Origin: a virus
Taxonomy: Duplodnaviria > Caudoviricetes
Direction: 5' to 3' (one strand)
Virus record (IMG/VR): IMGVR_UViG_3300025451_000033
Location: 1 to 35,926 of that record
DNA length: 35,926 nt
Positions 17,174-27,661 of this stretch are shown here, piece after piece. Position 1 is the first letter of the stretch. Each line of letters opens with the position of its first letter. The notes beneath the pieces are model-generated. The model was not told where the DNA came from, ran no database searches, and saw only the letters and a list, made by a program, of their open reading frames with translations. The position numbers and the translations under genes were made by a program.

Positions 17174-19582
17174 ATGGCTGATGCACAAGAAAATGTAGTT
17201 GTAAGATTCATGGCTGTTGATGTTGATAAAGTAAAAGCTAGCTTTGCTACCGTGGAAGATTTATGCGCAAAGCTAGAGAACAGAGTTGCTAAACTTGTTA
17301 AAACATCATCAACAGCCGCTTCTAGTTCCACTAAGAGCGTTGAAACAAGTTCAAAGGAATTGGAAAAGAGCTTAGATAAAGCCACTAGGGTTGTTGATAA
17401 ATCTGCTAGAGAACAAGTCAAGGCTGTTGAGAAAGCCGAACGAGATAAGCAAAAGGCGTTTGAGAAAACTCAAAAAGTACAAGAGAAAATAAACGCCGCG
17501 ATTGTAAAGAATGCTCAACGAGCAGGCAATGAAGAAGCAAAAGCGATTAAGAAAGTAAATGATGAACGAATAAAAGCAGAACAAAAAGCAGCTGCTAACG
17601 TTTCTAAATCAAGACGTTCGTTAATTGGTGACACTGGTTCTCATGCAATGGGAACGGCTGGTAGGGTTTTAGGAGCAGCTGGTAAAATAATCGGAGCTGG
17701 TTTAGCTGTTGGTGGAGGTTTTTCAGCTGTTGATTCTGTTCGTTCTGGAATGGCTGCTGATTTGTCCGCTCGTCAAATGAGCAACGATTCTACCGATGGA
17801 CAAGGAAAGGGAAGATTATCTGTTACTGATATTAGAGCGCGTTCAGCTTTAGCATCAAAAGCTTCTGGTAGGTCCGAAGAAGATATTATTGCCGGAATGA
17901 GAACAGTACAGGCTAAGAATGGTAATTCGCAAGTAGCTCTTGATTCCATGGGAAGAATGGAAAATGGAAAACTAGTAGGCGGATTAGATGAGTTTGCTAA
18001 CTCTTCTGGTGTCGATATTCAAACAGCAGCGGATTTGTATGGTAACATTAGCGCTTCTCAAAAAGGTTGGGACCATAAGAAGATTATGGGAAGCATGAGA
18101 GCGATTCATGGTGCTTCTAAACAAGGAACAGTTGAGGCGGGTGCAATGGCAACGCAAGGCGCTAAATTATTTGCTTTGAGCGATTCCATGGGAGGATCTG
18201 CTGAAGATAACATGTCTTATCTAGCCGGAATGTTAGAACAAACGGCTGTTTCTACTGGCGGTGACGCGGCTTCAGCTAGTACGGATAGTAAAGATTTCTT
18301 TGAACATATGTTTAAGAACAAGGCAAAAATGGATCCTCGTGTCAAGTTGCGAGATTCAGAAGGAAATAAATTAAGTGCTTCTCAAATAAGAAGAAACTTT
18401 CATGAGGTTTATGCTGGCAGAGAAGATGAAGCAATGAAAGTTGTTGGTGTTCAAGGTGGAGTTGCCTATCAAGCTGCTGAGAATATCAGAAAACAAGGTT
18501 CTAAAGCTTATAGAGAAAGAAAGATAGCTGAACTTGGGGACGTTGCCGGTAAGAAGTTTTTATCTAGTACAGGTGGTAAAAAAGAAGAAGCTGCTGCTGG
18601 CATGAAAGCTTTTGATGATGAGCAGAAAAAATATCAAGATGCAATCGTTAGTGAAGGCGAGCAACGAAAGAACGCGGCGCTAGTTATGGAATCAACAACC
18701 AAGCGATTGGATGTTGCTATGAACAACATTAAACTAATCGTTGGCGAAAAGATGGTTCCGGCATTTGAAAAGATGTTGCCCGAACTAGAAAAGATGATTC
18801 CTACAATTGGAAAACTTGTTTCCAATATCGCTTCCGTAGCAAATTGGATTGCTGAAAATCCCTTTAAAGCTGCTATCGTTGCTTGCGGTGCTCTAATGTT
18901 AAAATCACTAGGCGAGGCTTTTGCTGTCTCTAAGATTAAGTCATTGTTAAGTGGTGGTGCTGGTGGAGGAGTTACGGGAACCCCTGGTGCTGGTGGCGCT
19001 GGTGGTGGTGTTCTTGCTGGTGGATTAGCAATTGTTGCGGGTGCGGCTGTTATAGGAATGGCAGCGGGAGAAGGTATTAATGACGGTACCAAAAAAGTTG
19101 TTGATGCTAATAACACTGCCAGAAATGCCTCGCTAGAAAACTCTTCACTTGAGTCTCGTGTTAAAAACGGGACAGCAACACCAGAAGAAGTCGCTAAGTT
19201 TAAGAAAAATCTACAAGCAATGAAGTCTGAACAAGGAAAAGGTGTAACCGATGACCTTGGTTCTGGTTTTATGTCCGGGGCAACAGCTGGTATTAATAAT
19301 CTAATTGATGGAAAGGTAACGGTTGGAAACGTCGCTTCCGTTCTTCCTCAAGTGGCTTTAATAAGGGGCGTTGTGCAAGGTGTTCAAGAAGCTGTTACTG
19401 GTAGTACGGTTAGAGGAAATTCAAAAGACATTGACGCGTCTATAAAGAGCGGTGAAACAGCATTGTTATCTTCTCAGGATAAAATGGTATCTTCTCTTGA
19501 TAGAGTCGCGCAAATACTAGAAACCTCTATAGGTGCGGGGAAAAATACCGATGGTGTTCCACCAATGTTAGCTAGGGAATAA
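17174..19582 (+). CDS. Tape measure protein
   Basis: 802 aa, Ala/Gly/Lys-rich helical, hydrophobic segments, synteny. Confidence 0.9.
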   Translation: MADAQENVVVRFMAVDVDKVKASFATVEDLCAKLENRVAKLVKTSSTAASSSTKSVETSSKELEKSLDKATRVVDKSAREQVKAVEKAERDKQKAFEKTQKVQEKINAAIVKNAQRAGNEEAKAIKKVNDERIKAEQKAAANVSKSRRSLIGDTGSHAMGTAGRVLGAAGKIIGAGLAVGGGFSAVDSVRSGMAADLSARQMSNDSTDGQGKGRLSVTDIRARSALASKASGRSEEDIIAGMRTVQAKNGNSQVALDSMGRMENGKLVGGLDEFANSSGVDIQTAADLYGNISASQKGWDHKKIMGSMRAIHGASKQGTVEAGAMATQGAKLFALSDSMGGSAEDNMSYLAGMLEQTAVSTGGDAASASTDSKDFFEHMFKNKAKMDPRVKLRDSEGNKLSASQIRRNFHEVYAGREDEAMKVVGVQGGVAYQAAENIRKQGSKAYRERKIAELGDVAGKKFLSSTGGKKEEAAAGMKAFDDEQKKYQDAIVSEGEQRKNAALVMESTTKRLDVAMNNIKLIVGEKMVPAFEKMLPELEKMIPTIGKLVSNIASVANWIAENPFKAAIVACGALMLKSLGEAFAVSKIKSLLSGGAGGGVTGTPGAGGAGGGVLAGGLAIVAGAAVIGMAAGEGINDGTKKVVDANNTARNASLENSSLESRVKNGTATPEEVAKFKKNLQAMKSEQGKGVTDDLGSGFMSGATAGINNLIDGKVTVGNVASVLPQVALIRGVVQGVQEAVTGSTVRGNSKDIDASIKSGETALLSSQDKMVSSLDRVAQILETSIGAGKNTDGVPPMLARE

Positions 19583-19585
19583 AAC

Positions 19586-20506
19586 ATGAGCAAACCAAAT
19601 ACATTTGATTTTTTCCAAGAAGCAAGTTTAGGTGGAGTGGCTTTTCCCATGTCAAGTTGTTCTGTTAATTTTAGTCAAGGAACGGCTGAACATAAAATAT
19701 TAGACAAAGATGGTAGCTTCTTTGAAATGACCGGAAGCGAGCCTGTTAGTTTTTCAATTAGTGTTCCTGCTTTTGATACTATTAGATCGGGACCAAATGA
19801 ATCATGGAAACAAGGAACTGTCTTTTCAATCGTTCTTCCTAAGATAAGAAAACTATACAGAGAGAAAAAAGATATTGTTTTCTCTCACCCTTACCTTGGT
19901 GATTTTAATGTGTTGATAACAGAAATGAGCGAGAGTCTTACCCCTGATATCCGTTCTGGTGTAGAGGTTTCAATCACATTAAAAGAGCAAACACAATTGG
20001 ACAGCGTTGTTAATTCACTTGATAACTTTTCTCTTTCTGGTTTGGAAAGTTATTTCAATGTAATCAACTCTATTATTGCGAACATTCCAGAAGTTGATTA
20101 TCCGCTTCCTAAAAAGTATTGTGCAAGTTTGGGCGATAGCATTCGAGCGGTTCAAGGTGTTGCTGATAAAGCAGAGTTCCTTACTCAAAAAGGCTCTATC
20201 ATGTTGGATAGAATAAAGGAAAACTGTGATAGTCTTCACGACTCTGTTGTTAGAATAAACAACGTGACCTTTGCTCCTGTTCTTACAAAGATAAATCAAT
20301 TACGATTAAGCTCGTCAAAGACAAAGAAAAAGATTGTTACCAAAAGCGATAAGCGAATCAAAACAAAAACAATCCTAGTTCCCTCAACGATGTTGTATCT
20401 TTCAAAAGACTTAAAAACATCTATGAGTGATATGATTCGTTTGAATATTGGATTAGTTGGAAATAAAATAATTCCAGCCAATACTCAGGTAACTTACTAT
20501 GGTTGA
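19586..20506 (+). CDS. Mu gpN-like DNA circulation / tail tube initiator protein
   Basis: EASLGGVAFP N-terminus, FSHPYLGDF, LysM-like C-terminus. Confidence 0.75.
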   Translation: MSKPNTFDFFQEASLGGVAFPMSSCSVNFSQGTAEHKILDKDGSFFEMTGSEPVSFSISVPAFDTIRSGPNESWKQGTVFSIVLPKIRKLYREKKDIVFSHPYLGDFNVLITEMSESLTPDIRSGVEVSITLKEQTQLDSVVNSLDNFSLSGLESYFNVINSIIANIPEVDYPLPKKYCASLGDSIRAVQGVADKAEFLTQKGSIMLDRIKENCDSLHDSVVRINNVTFAPVLTKINQLRLSSSKTKKKIVTKSDKRIKTKTILVPSTMLYLSKDLKTSMSDMIRLNIGLVGNKIIPANTQVTYYG

Positions 20507-21806
20507 TAAGGTAGAGTTAGAAATTAAGATTGGTGACTTTGTGTTGTCAAACATTGATGACTTTTCAATGAGCGATGATTTTGGAGCTGCTGCTGTTAGT
20601 TGTGACTTTTGTGTTGTTACGAATCTAACAGATTATGCAAAGTACATTGACACTAGTAAATTGGTCACTGTCTATTTCGACGGAATCATAAGATTTACAG
20701 GAGCAATTGATAAAACAAGTATCACTTCTTCTGATTCTGGTATGCGTTGGCGTTTTAATTGTAGAGATTTAGTTGCTCAATTGGCGGACCATTACATGGA
20801 TCCCACAACCAAGATGAGTAAAGACGATACGATTATTTCAGCTGTCAAGAAAGCATTAGACTCAGCTGGTTTTAAATTTGATATTGAAGAAGACGATGCT
20901 AATGAGGCTAACATTATTACTGGAAAGAAAATAGGTTATCGTCAAAGAGCAAAGACATTTAGAGGTAAAATAAAAGAAGCGAAAAAGTCAATCGAAAAAG
21001 ATTTAAAAGCACAAGAAGGGGAAGGGTGCTTTAAATATATTGATAGGATTTGTAAGAATGATGGTTTGATTTGTTGGTCAAATGCCGCTGGTAACAAGTT
21101 GTTTATCTCAACTCCTACCTTCGATCAAGAGCCATTATATTTGTTCGTGAGAAAGATGGATGGACAAGGAAATAATTTAAAACAAGTTGATGTTAGTGTT
21201 GATTTTGCTAGCCAACCTGCTTTTATTCTTGGAGAAGCAACCTTTACACCAAGTGCAAAACCTTCAAACGAAGCGGGAACACCAGCGCCAGGATCTCCAC
21301 AAAAGGTTCCTTCTAAAAGTGTTACCAACAAAGTTATTTGCGTAAATGAATTTGCTGGTTACAAACGAGAAAATGGAAAGATAATAGAATATCTTGATAG
21401 CGTTGCAAGGGTTATTGCTAGCAAGAAATCAAACGGCGCAAATGTATTAGAGTCAAACGTTGAGCTTGGTAATAGCGTTAGTGGTGTATTGTTTAGAAAG
21501 AACGCTTGGAATGCACGAGCTGTTTATTACAAAGACAGTTCTTGTCAAACAGAAGATCAATTGATTTACTCAGTTAAAAGAAAAATGGCAGAAGCTCAGA
21601 GCAAATTCTTTTCATATGAATGTTCTGTTGCTGGATTTAAAAACAATGGAGCTTTCTTAGCTAACAACACAGTGGGAACAATTGTTGATGAGCGTTTGGG
21701 TATTCGTGGGGATTATTGGGTAAAGGCTGTTAGGTTTTCTTATTCAAAAAGTTCTGGACAATCAACAACTGTTACGCTAGTTCCCAAATACTGCTACTCA
21801 ATATAA
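20499..21806 (+). CDS. Baseplate hub (Mu gpP-like)
   Basis: RFTGAIDK, CRDLVAQLAD, EGEGCFKYIDRI; synteny. Confidence 0.8.
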   Translation: MVDKVELEIKIGDFVLSNIDDFSMSDDFGAAAVSCDFCVVTNLTDYAKYIDTSKLVTVYFDGIIRFTGAIDKTSITSSDSGMRWRFNCRDLVAQLADHYMDPTTKMSKDDTIISAVKKALDSAGFKFDIEEDDANEANIITGKKIGYRQRAKTFRGKIKEAKKSIEKDLKAQEGEGCFKYIDRICKNDGLICWSNAAGNKLFISTPTFDQEPLYLFVRKMDGQGNNLKQVDVSVDFASQPAFILGEATFTPSAKPSNEAGTPAPGSPQKVPSKSVTNKVICVNEFAGYKRENGKIIEYLDSVARVIASKKSNGANVLESNVELGNSVSGVLFRKNAWNARAVYYKDSSCQTEDQLIYSVKRKMAEAQSKFFSYECSVAGFKNNGAFLANNTVGTIVDERLGIRGDYWVKAVRFSYSKSSGQSTTVTLVPKYCYSI

Positions 21807-21828
21807 GGCATGTTGATAGGAGACAAAT

Positions 21829-22524
21829 ATGATTAGACTTTATGATGTAATATCTTCATTCCGAGATAAGGCTACGAACATGTTAAATGTTAGCGTAGGC
21901 GACTTGCTTGGAAAAGAAGTTTCAATTGATAATGTTATTTCTGGTTTTGGTCCTTTTGGAATAGCTAGCATTCCAGAAGAATCAACGGCTGATTCAGCTT
22001 GTGAGGTTTTGGTTTCAGAGCAAGCAAACGAAAGTTATGCTATAGGCTTCAGAAGCTCAAAACTATTAACTGAAATAGGAAAACTGGTTCCTGGTGAATT
22101 GCTATTGTTCAATGCGTTTGGTTGCAAAATAGCTTTGAAGAAATCAGGAAGCATTACATTAATGACAAAGCTAGACGATGGTTCGATAAACCAATTCACA
22201 ATAGGAAAAGCTGGTTTGCAATGGCTTTGCCCGTGGGGTTCAATAAATTTTGATAAAGATGGTTTTAGAGTTCGCCACGGAAATGCAAGCTTTATTCTTG
22301 GACAAATCGGGGGAATATCTGTTCCCGGTTTTTCTGTTGATAATTACTGTTCTATTTCTTGCGACTCAATAACATTAAATGGAAAATGTAATTTAGGTGA
22401 GAGCGCTTCTGGAATCTATGCGCCTTGTGCTTTCGTTATAACACCAACCGTTGCTGGTGCCCCTGTTGTTCCTCCTATTGGTGGAACGGCAACTTCTTCC
22501 GTTTATGTAGCGACTGGAATATAA
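21829..22524 (+). CDS. Baseplate spike (Mu gp45-like)
   Basis: FGIASIP, LVPGELLLFN, beta-repeat C-terminal half. Confidence 0.7.
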   Translation: MIRLYDVISSFRDKATNMLNVSVGDLLGKEVSIDNVISGFGPFGIASIPEESTADSACEVLVSEQANESYAIGFRSSKLLTEIGKLVPGELLLFNAFGCKIALKKSGSITLMTKLDDGSINQFTIGKAGLQWLCPWGSINFDKDGFRVRHGNASFILGQIGGISVPGFSVDNYCSISCDSITLNGKCNLGESASGIYAPCAFVITPTVAGAPVVPPIGGTATSSVYVATGI

Positions 22525-22525
22525 T

Positions 22526-22786
22526 ATGAGTGATTGTATCGATATCCCCGATTTACCTTTGTTTCCGTTTCCTGATGGTTTAAGCATTCCAACATTACCA
22601 ACGATATCATTTGGAGATATCGAGGCGTGTTGCATTATTCTTGTGCCTAAGATTGAATTAAAGATACCTCTAGCCTTGCCTTCTGCAATACAAATAGGAC
22701 TAGCAGCCTTAGTTGATAAACAAATAAAGCTGCTAGAGGCGTATTACGCTTATCGGGATTTGCTACCAACGTGTCCGATGGAATAA
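22526..22786 (+). CDS. Small Pro/Cys-rich hypothetical baseplate-region protein
   Basis: Tightly coupled to the spike gene. Confidence 0.55.
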   Translation: MSDCIDIPDLPLFPFPDGLSIPTLPTISFGDIEACCIILVPKIELKIPLALPSAIQIGLAALVDKQIKLLEAYYAYRDLLPTCPME

Positions 22787-22788
22787 GA

Positions 22789-23286
22789 TTAACGAGATTT
22801 GAAGTTGATAATTCTTGAAACAGTGGGTTGTGTAATATCAATAAGAGCTGCTATCTCGTACTGAGTAAAGCTTTTGCTTTTGTACATTGCACGGATTAGA
22901 GTTACTTCGTTATCTTTGATTGTGCAATGACCGTTTTTCTCTCCTGAAATCTTGTAACCTATTCCTTTGAGACCTTGCCCGCCATCATTGATGTTTAGTA
23001 CGGTTGATTTGGAGTTTCTAAAAGCGCTGATTAATTTGGTTTCTGCTGATTCGGCTTCTGCTCGTGTAGCAAAACGAGCAACTTCTTCAATGTGCAAATA
23101 AGAATCAGGAGTTGTTGATATTTCCTGGTAAAGAGGATGGCTTGAGGTTTTCTTTGAGTTAGCAGCGCTTTTGTGAGCAGAGAAACGCTGTTGTAAAGTA
23201 AGACCAGTAACACCAACATAGATGGAATTAGTAAAGTTGTTGGTAATTACATAAGTTGAGAAAGTTTTCTTAGTCGATTTGATCAT
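22789..23286 (-). CDS. GIY-YIG homing endonuclease with C-terminal HTH, antisense within the baseplate operon
   Basis: TYVITNNFTNSIYVGVT..QRFSAH, ETKLI, LNINDGG, GEKNGHCTI plus HTH. Confidence 0.88.
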   Translation of the reverse strand: MIKSTKKTFSTYVITNNFTNSIYVGVTGLTLQQRFSAHKSAANSKKTSSHPLYQEISTTPDSYLHIEEVARFATRAEAESAETKLISAFRNSKSTVLNINDGGQGLKGIGYKISGEKNGHCTIKDNEVTLIRAMYKSKSFTQYEIAALIDITQPTVSRIINFKSR

Positions 23287-23401
23287 TTTGTTTTCCAATT
23301 GTTTAAAGTGTTTGGTCTTATTAGCATTAGACCTACATACTTATATGTTGTTATGCATACTTTCATGGAAAATATTTAAACTAATTTCTTGACATGTAGA
23401 A

Positions 23402-23839
23402 ATGAGCACTATTTTTCTTGGAGCGGGACTAAGTTCGGCTGGTTTTTCATCGGCTGGATATGGTCAAGTTGTAACAAGTGATAGTTTTGTTGTGCAAAAA
23501 GTAACAGCTAACACGATCGATCCTGATTCAAAGGATTTTGTGTTAGGAGAAAAAGGTTTTGAGCAAATTGATAGCCTAACAAGTCTTGTCTATCTTAGGT
23601 TAGCAACTGTGATTGGAAGTTCTGGCGATTTTAATCTGGGAAATTCAATCGGCGAAATGAAAACCTTTGGCACGAATTCAAAGTTTGTAGTGGAAAACAA
23701 AATAATTAACTGTCTAAAAGACTTGAGTGATTTGATTGTTGTTGATGATATCAATGTTAGCTTTGTTGGTCAGAGCATGAGCGTTCAGATTGACTTTACG
23801 AACATTGAGAACAACACAAGTGGGAGAATAAATCTATGA
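23402..23839 (+). CDS. Baseplate wedge protein (gp25/Mu gp46-like)
   Basis: Size and position before baseplate J. Confidence 0.6.
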   Translation: MSTIFLGAGLSSAGFSSAGYGQVVTSDSFVVQKVTANTIDPDSKDFVLGEKGFEQIDSLTSLVYLRLATVIGSSGDFNLGNSIGEMKTFGTNSKFVVENKIINCLKDLSDLIVVDDINVSFVGQSMSVQIDFTNIENNTSGRINL

Positions 23840-25272
23840 GCGTTCCTAATCCTGATGAAATTCTATTTAACTTGCTTTCTGATTTGGAAGCAGGGTTTGC
23901 TAAAATAGGAAGCGAGGTTCCTTTAAATCCAGGATCTCAGCTTTATGTTATTGCAAATGCATTTTCTAATTCTCTTGCTTCAGCATTTGCTAATCAGCAA
24001 GTATTGTTTGACAACGCCTTCGTTGAAAGCGCTACGGGAGAAGACCTAGACCGTCACCTCGTTTCATATGGGTTGAGCAGAAGGGGAGCGGTAGCCGCTC
24101 TAGGTAGCTTCGTTCTCACCAGCGCGTTCCCGACCAACGTTGCGAACGGTACGGAGCTCATTGCGTCATCGTCCGGGGAGATTTTTCAGGTGGTCAATCC
24201 CGGGGTGAAAGCAAACGGCGATCGGATTTCGATCGTTGCCAAGAATCCCGGACCGGGGGGCAACCTTAAGGAAGGGACGATCCTCAAGTGGAGCACTGTT
24301 CCCGCTGGTGTTGCTCCTTCTGTAACGCTCGTTACGCCCTGTTCAGGTGGTGCGCCGAGTGAGACCGATGCGCTTTGTAGAGAGCGTTTAAAACAAGTAT
24401 TAGGGAACTCTCCTTCTGGTGAGAATTGGGCAGAGATAGCTAAACAGTCTGAGAGTTTTTCAGATCTTGTTCAAAAGGCTTTTGTCTATCCTTGTTATTC
24501 TGGTCCTTCTACGTGCTTAATATCTCTTATTAGCTCTCCTAATCTTGTTACCAAATCTCGCGTATTAGACTCATCAACTTTAAATTCTTTACAAAATGCA
24601 ATAGCTTCAAGTGTTTTGGTTGGAAATGATGTTGTTGTTAGAAGTGTTGAGGATGTTGGTGTTGATATTGGGTTTATTCTTGATGCTCCTGTTTATCCCT
24701 CAAAGGTTGGGTTTGTTGATATCAATCCATATCCTGTTGTTGCAACTGGTGAGAGCGTTTGTAAAGTAACTTCCGTAATCTCTCCTACTTCAATTGTTGT
24801 TAAGTCAAAGACTGGTTCTAGTCCGGTTAATCTTTTGACTTCGGTTTCTTGGATTGACTCAACCTTTGTTGTTCGAACAGCTGTTGTTGTTTCAAGCTCG
24901 ATTGTTGGCGACCTCCATACTTTGGTTTTAGATAGTCCATTTACAGGAGTCGCAATAAACGATGTTATCTTTCCATCGCTTGTGAATTGCGATAAGTATC
25001 TAGCCTCTGTATTAGATTGGTTCTCAACTGTTGGTCCGGGTGAGGTTACTTCAAGCGTTCTTCGCGCATTAAGAAAACCGTTGCCTAGCAATAGTTTTCC
25101 ATCTTCTATTGATGGTTCTCTATTAAAGAAGCTAGTTGAGAATCATGTTGAGATAAAGCAAGCGGATTATTGCTTTAGAAGCTCAACTACTCCTAGCCTT
25201 CCTTTACTAATAAACAATCCACCTAAAATATTCATCCCTAGAAAACTAAGCTTTTACCCTAAGAAGGATTAA
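23836..25272 (+). CDS. Baseplate J-like protein
   Basis: SATGEDLDRH..YGLSRR, GGAPSETDALCRERL, VQKAFVYP. Confidence 0.9.
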   Translation: MSVPNPDEILFNLLSDLEAGFAKIGSEVPLNPGSQLYVIANAFSNSLASAFANQQVLFDNAFVESATGEDLDRHLVSYGLSRRGAVAALGSFVLTSAFPTNVANGTELIASSSGEIFQVVNPGVKANGDRISIVAKNPGPGGNLKEGTILKWSTVPAGVAPSVTLVTPCSGGAPSETDALCRERLKQVLGNSPSGENWAEIAKQSESFSDLVQKAFVYPCYSGPSTCLISLISSPNLVTKSRVLDSSTLNSLQNAIASSVLVGNDVVVRSVEDVGVDIGFILDAPVYPSKVGFVDINPYPVVATGESVCKVTSVISPTSIVVKSKTGSSPVNLLTSVSWIDSTFVVRTAVVVSSSIVGDLHTLVLDSPFTGVAINDVIFPSLVNCDKYLASVLDWFSTVGPGEVTSSVLRALRKPLPSNSFPSSIDGSLLKKLVENHVEIKQADYCFRSSTTPSLPLLINNPPKIFIPRKLSFYPKKD

Positions 25273-25275
25273 TCT

Positions 25276-25746
25276 ATGCAAATTCCCGACGTAATAACTT
25301 ATGACTTTTTAGGTGGAGACCGTGTTGATAGATATCCTCTTTCAAATCCAACAACTGATTTCTCTTCTGAACAATTAAACACTGCCCTTTGTGGTGTTTC
25401 TATGATGAGCCGAACGGCTGTGAAAGCGCGAGCTGTTGTTAGCATTCAAGCTGTTCCTGTATTGAGTAGCTATGAAAGTGTTTGGAAAGCAAAAACACCT
25501 AGTCTTCCTGTTGTTTCTAGAATAGGAACGGGACAGATTTCTCTAACATTTCCTGTCTCTGTATTGGATGAGAGAAGTGTTAGTCATGATTTGAATTTAA
25601 AGTTTGGCAACGCAAATATCGTTTCAAATGGTGTTGGAATAATAACTGTTAGCGTTTCTGCTAATGTTGTTACTGTTTCTTCTTACTCGCTAGCTGGTTC
25701 TCTTTCTGATTTAAGCAATGTTGTTGTTTGTGTAGAGGTTAGCTAA
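25276..25746 (+). CDS. Hypothetical baseplate/tail protein
   Basis: Coupled within the structural operon; beta-rich. Confidence 0.6.
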   Translation: MQIPDVITYDFLGGDRVDRYPLSNPTTDFSSEQLNTALCGVSMMSRTAVKARAVVSIQAVPVLSSYESVWKAKTPSLPVVSRIGTGQISLTFPVSVLDERSVSHDLNLKFGNANIVSNGVGIITVSVSANVVTVSSYSLAGSLSDLSNVVVCVEVS

Positions 25747-26670
25747 ATGGTTTTTAGAACAGGCGATACTTCTCCTGAATATGCAATAGGCGAATCTATC
25801 CAAAACAATTTAGGCTCAGCTTTTTCTAGTGACCCTGAAACGTATATTGGAGTGATTTGTTGGGCATTCGGCAGGGCAATCAATGAGGTTTTTGAGGGTG
25901 CTGAGCGAATGAATAACCAATCCAGACCCTTAACGATGACATCTAGATTAGACATCATTGAAAAGTTTATTGGATTTACAAATTCAAAGGGAACAACAGA
26001 TCAAGAGCGAAGAGAAAAGCTTGATCGACTATATTCTAGATTCGTCAATCCTCCTAGCGTTGGTAATATCACCGACTATCTAAAGTCTATATTGGACGAT
26101 GTTTTCATAGGGGTTTATAAAATATCTCCTGATACTGAAATCAATGGGGTTGGAAATACTGTTGGGCGAATTCCAGGTGGATTAGTAAATGATGTTGTTG
26201 ATATTCTTGATGGATCTTGGAGTTCTCCCTTGAGCTTTATTCCTGTTAGAGTATGGAATCCTAGAAACCATTACAATCAAGAGTCCTACAGCTTTGTTGA
26301 TTTCTTTAAGAAATGCTTTTCTTGGAAAGAAGAGTTTGATTCTTATCTTCCTGCTGGTGTTGATTTTGACTTTTATTGTCATGTCGAAGATGGTTATGGA
26401 ACTGTTAGCGGCGCACCTGGTTCGATTGAAATAACAGGTGTTGGCACTTACTTTATTACGGATGTAAGTCCAATGCTTCCTGGTGACGAGCTAGAAATTA
26501 TTGCTGATAATGATGTTCGTTTAAATCTTATTGTTGATGAGGCTGTGAGTAACACGTTGCTAAGGGTTGTTGTTCCCCCCGGTTATGTTTTCACAAATGC
26601 AAAGTATATGCGGTGTGGAATATTTCTTGACACCGATGGAATCATAGACCTAGCAGCCTTTAACGAATAA
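25747..26670 (+). CDS. Baseplate wedge protein (gpI / Mu gp48-like)
   Basis: PLTMTSRLDIIEKFIG..TDQERREKL and YLPAGVDF. Confidence 0.65.
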   Translation: MVFRTGDTSPEYAIGESIQNNLGSAFSSDPETYIGVICWAFGRAINEVFEGAERMNNQSRPLTMTSRLDIIEKFIGFTNSKGTTDQERREKLDRLYSRFVNPPSVGNITDYLKSILDDVFIGVYKISPDTEINGVGNTVGRIPGGLVNDVVDILDGSWSSPLSFIPVRVWNPRNHYNQESYSFVDFFKKCFSWKEEFDSYLPAGVDFDFYCHVEDGYGTVSGAPGSIEITGVGTYFITDVSPMLPGDELEIIADNDVRLNLIVDEAVSNTLLRVVVPPGYVFTNAKYMRCGIFLDTDGIIDLAAFNE

Positions 26671-26694
26671 AAACAAATTAATATGGAGATCTAA

Positions 26695-27654
26695 ATGAGT
26701 TTAACGAAAATAAAGCCGGCTGGATTCACAGTAAAAGAGCGGCTCAAAAGTTTGGATTTAAATGCAATTGATGCAAACATTGAGAACGCTGTTGATAAGC
26801 GAGCTGGTCAAAGTGACACTGTTTTAAGTAATTTAGAATTTCAAGGCGACATTTATCTTACTGAAGATTCAAGTTTTACGATACAGCAGGAAGCCGTTGT
26901 TCTTCTTCCAATTGGAAATCCCGCTTCTACATTAAGCGTTAGAGACGGAGGAAACCTAACGATTTCAAGCGATGCAAACGTTATTGTAAATTCGAACGCA
27001 AACATAAATATGAATGGCACTTCCACCATGACGATTTATGAAAATGCAAATCTTACTGTTGCAAATGCTGGTGGTTTGAGTTTGAGTTTCGCAGGGGCAT
27101 TAACTACCTCAACACCCGGGGCAATTAAGTTAGGTGGAGGTTCAACGGATTTTATTGCTTTGAACAACCCTAGAACAAGAGAGCATGTTTTCTTTCCTAC
27201 TGTAGCGGGAGACTTCGATTTATCTGGAGTAACTCCTCGTTGGCGAAACGTAGGAATGCAATATCTTTCAAGCGATGGAATTGGAGCGGCTTTTTATTGT
27301 GAAATTCCTGTTCCTGATTACGCACAGGGCGCAACGATAAGTAATGTTTATGCTCAATATGTTAGTTCTCCTCATTCGCCTGGTGTTCCTGCTAGTTTAT
27401 TCGTAAGAAGAATGCCTTATGGCTCAACTGCTATTGATGAACTAAACGCAAGTCCCGCAGATTTTGCGTATGCTTCTGGCTCTTCTCTCCAAACATTAAA
27501 CTATACAACTTCTCAGTTTAATGTAATTGACACCTCAGCTTATCGATACTTTCTTTATGTTTTAGAAGAGTATGGTGCTAGCTCAAGTTTCGATCTTACT
27601 AAAATATACAACTTCAAAGTTAAATTCTCTAACATAACTAGTTTGAGATTCTAA
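26695..27654 (+). CDS. Tail fibre / baseplate-associated protein
   Basis: GGAG RBS; beta-helix-like repeats; position. Confidence 0.55.
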   Translation: MSLTKIKPAGFTVKERLKSLDLNAIDANIENAVDKRAGQSDTVLSNLEFQGDIYLTEDSSFTIQQEAVVLLPIGNPASTLSVRDGGNLTISSDANVIVNSNANINMNGTSTMTIYENANLTVANAGGLSLSFAGALTTSTPGAIKLGGGSTDFIALNNPRTREHVFFPTVAGDFDLSGVTPRWRNVGMQYLSSDGIGAAFYCEIPVPDYAQGATISNVYAQYVSSPHSPGVPASLFVRRMPYGSTAIDELNASPADFAYASGSSLQTLNYTTSQFNVIDTSAYRYFLYVLEEYGASSSFDLTKIYNFKVKFSNITSLRF

Positions 27655-27661
27655 GGAAAAT

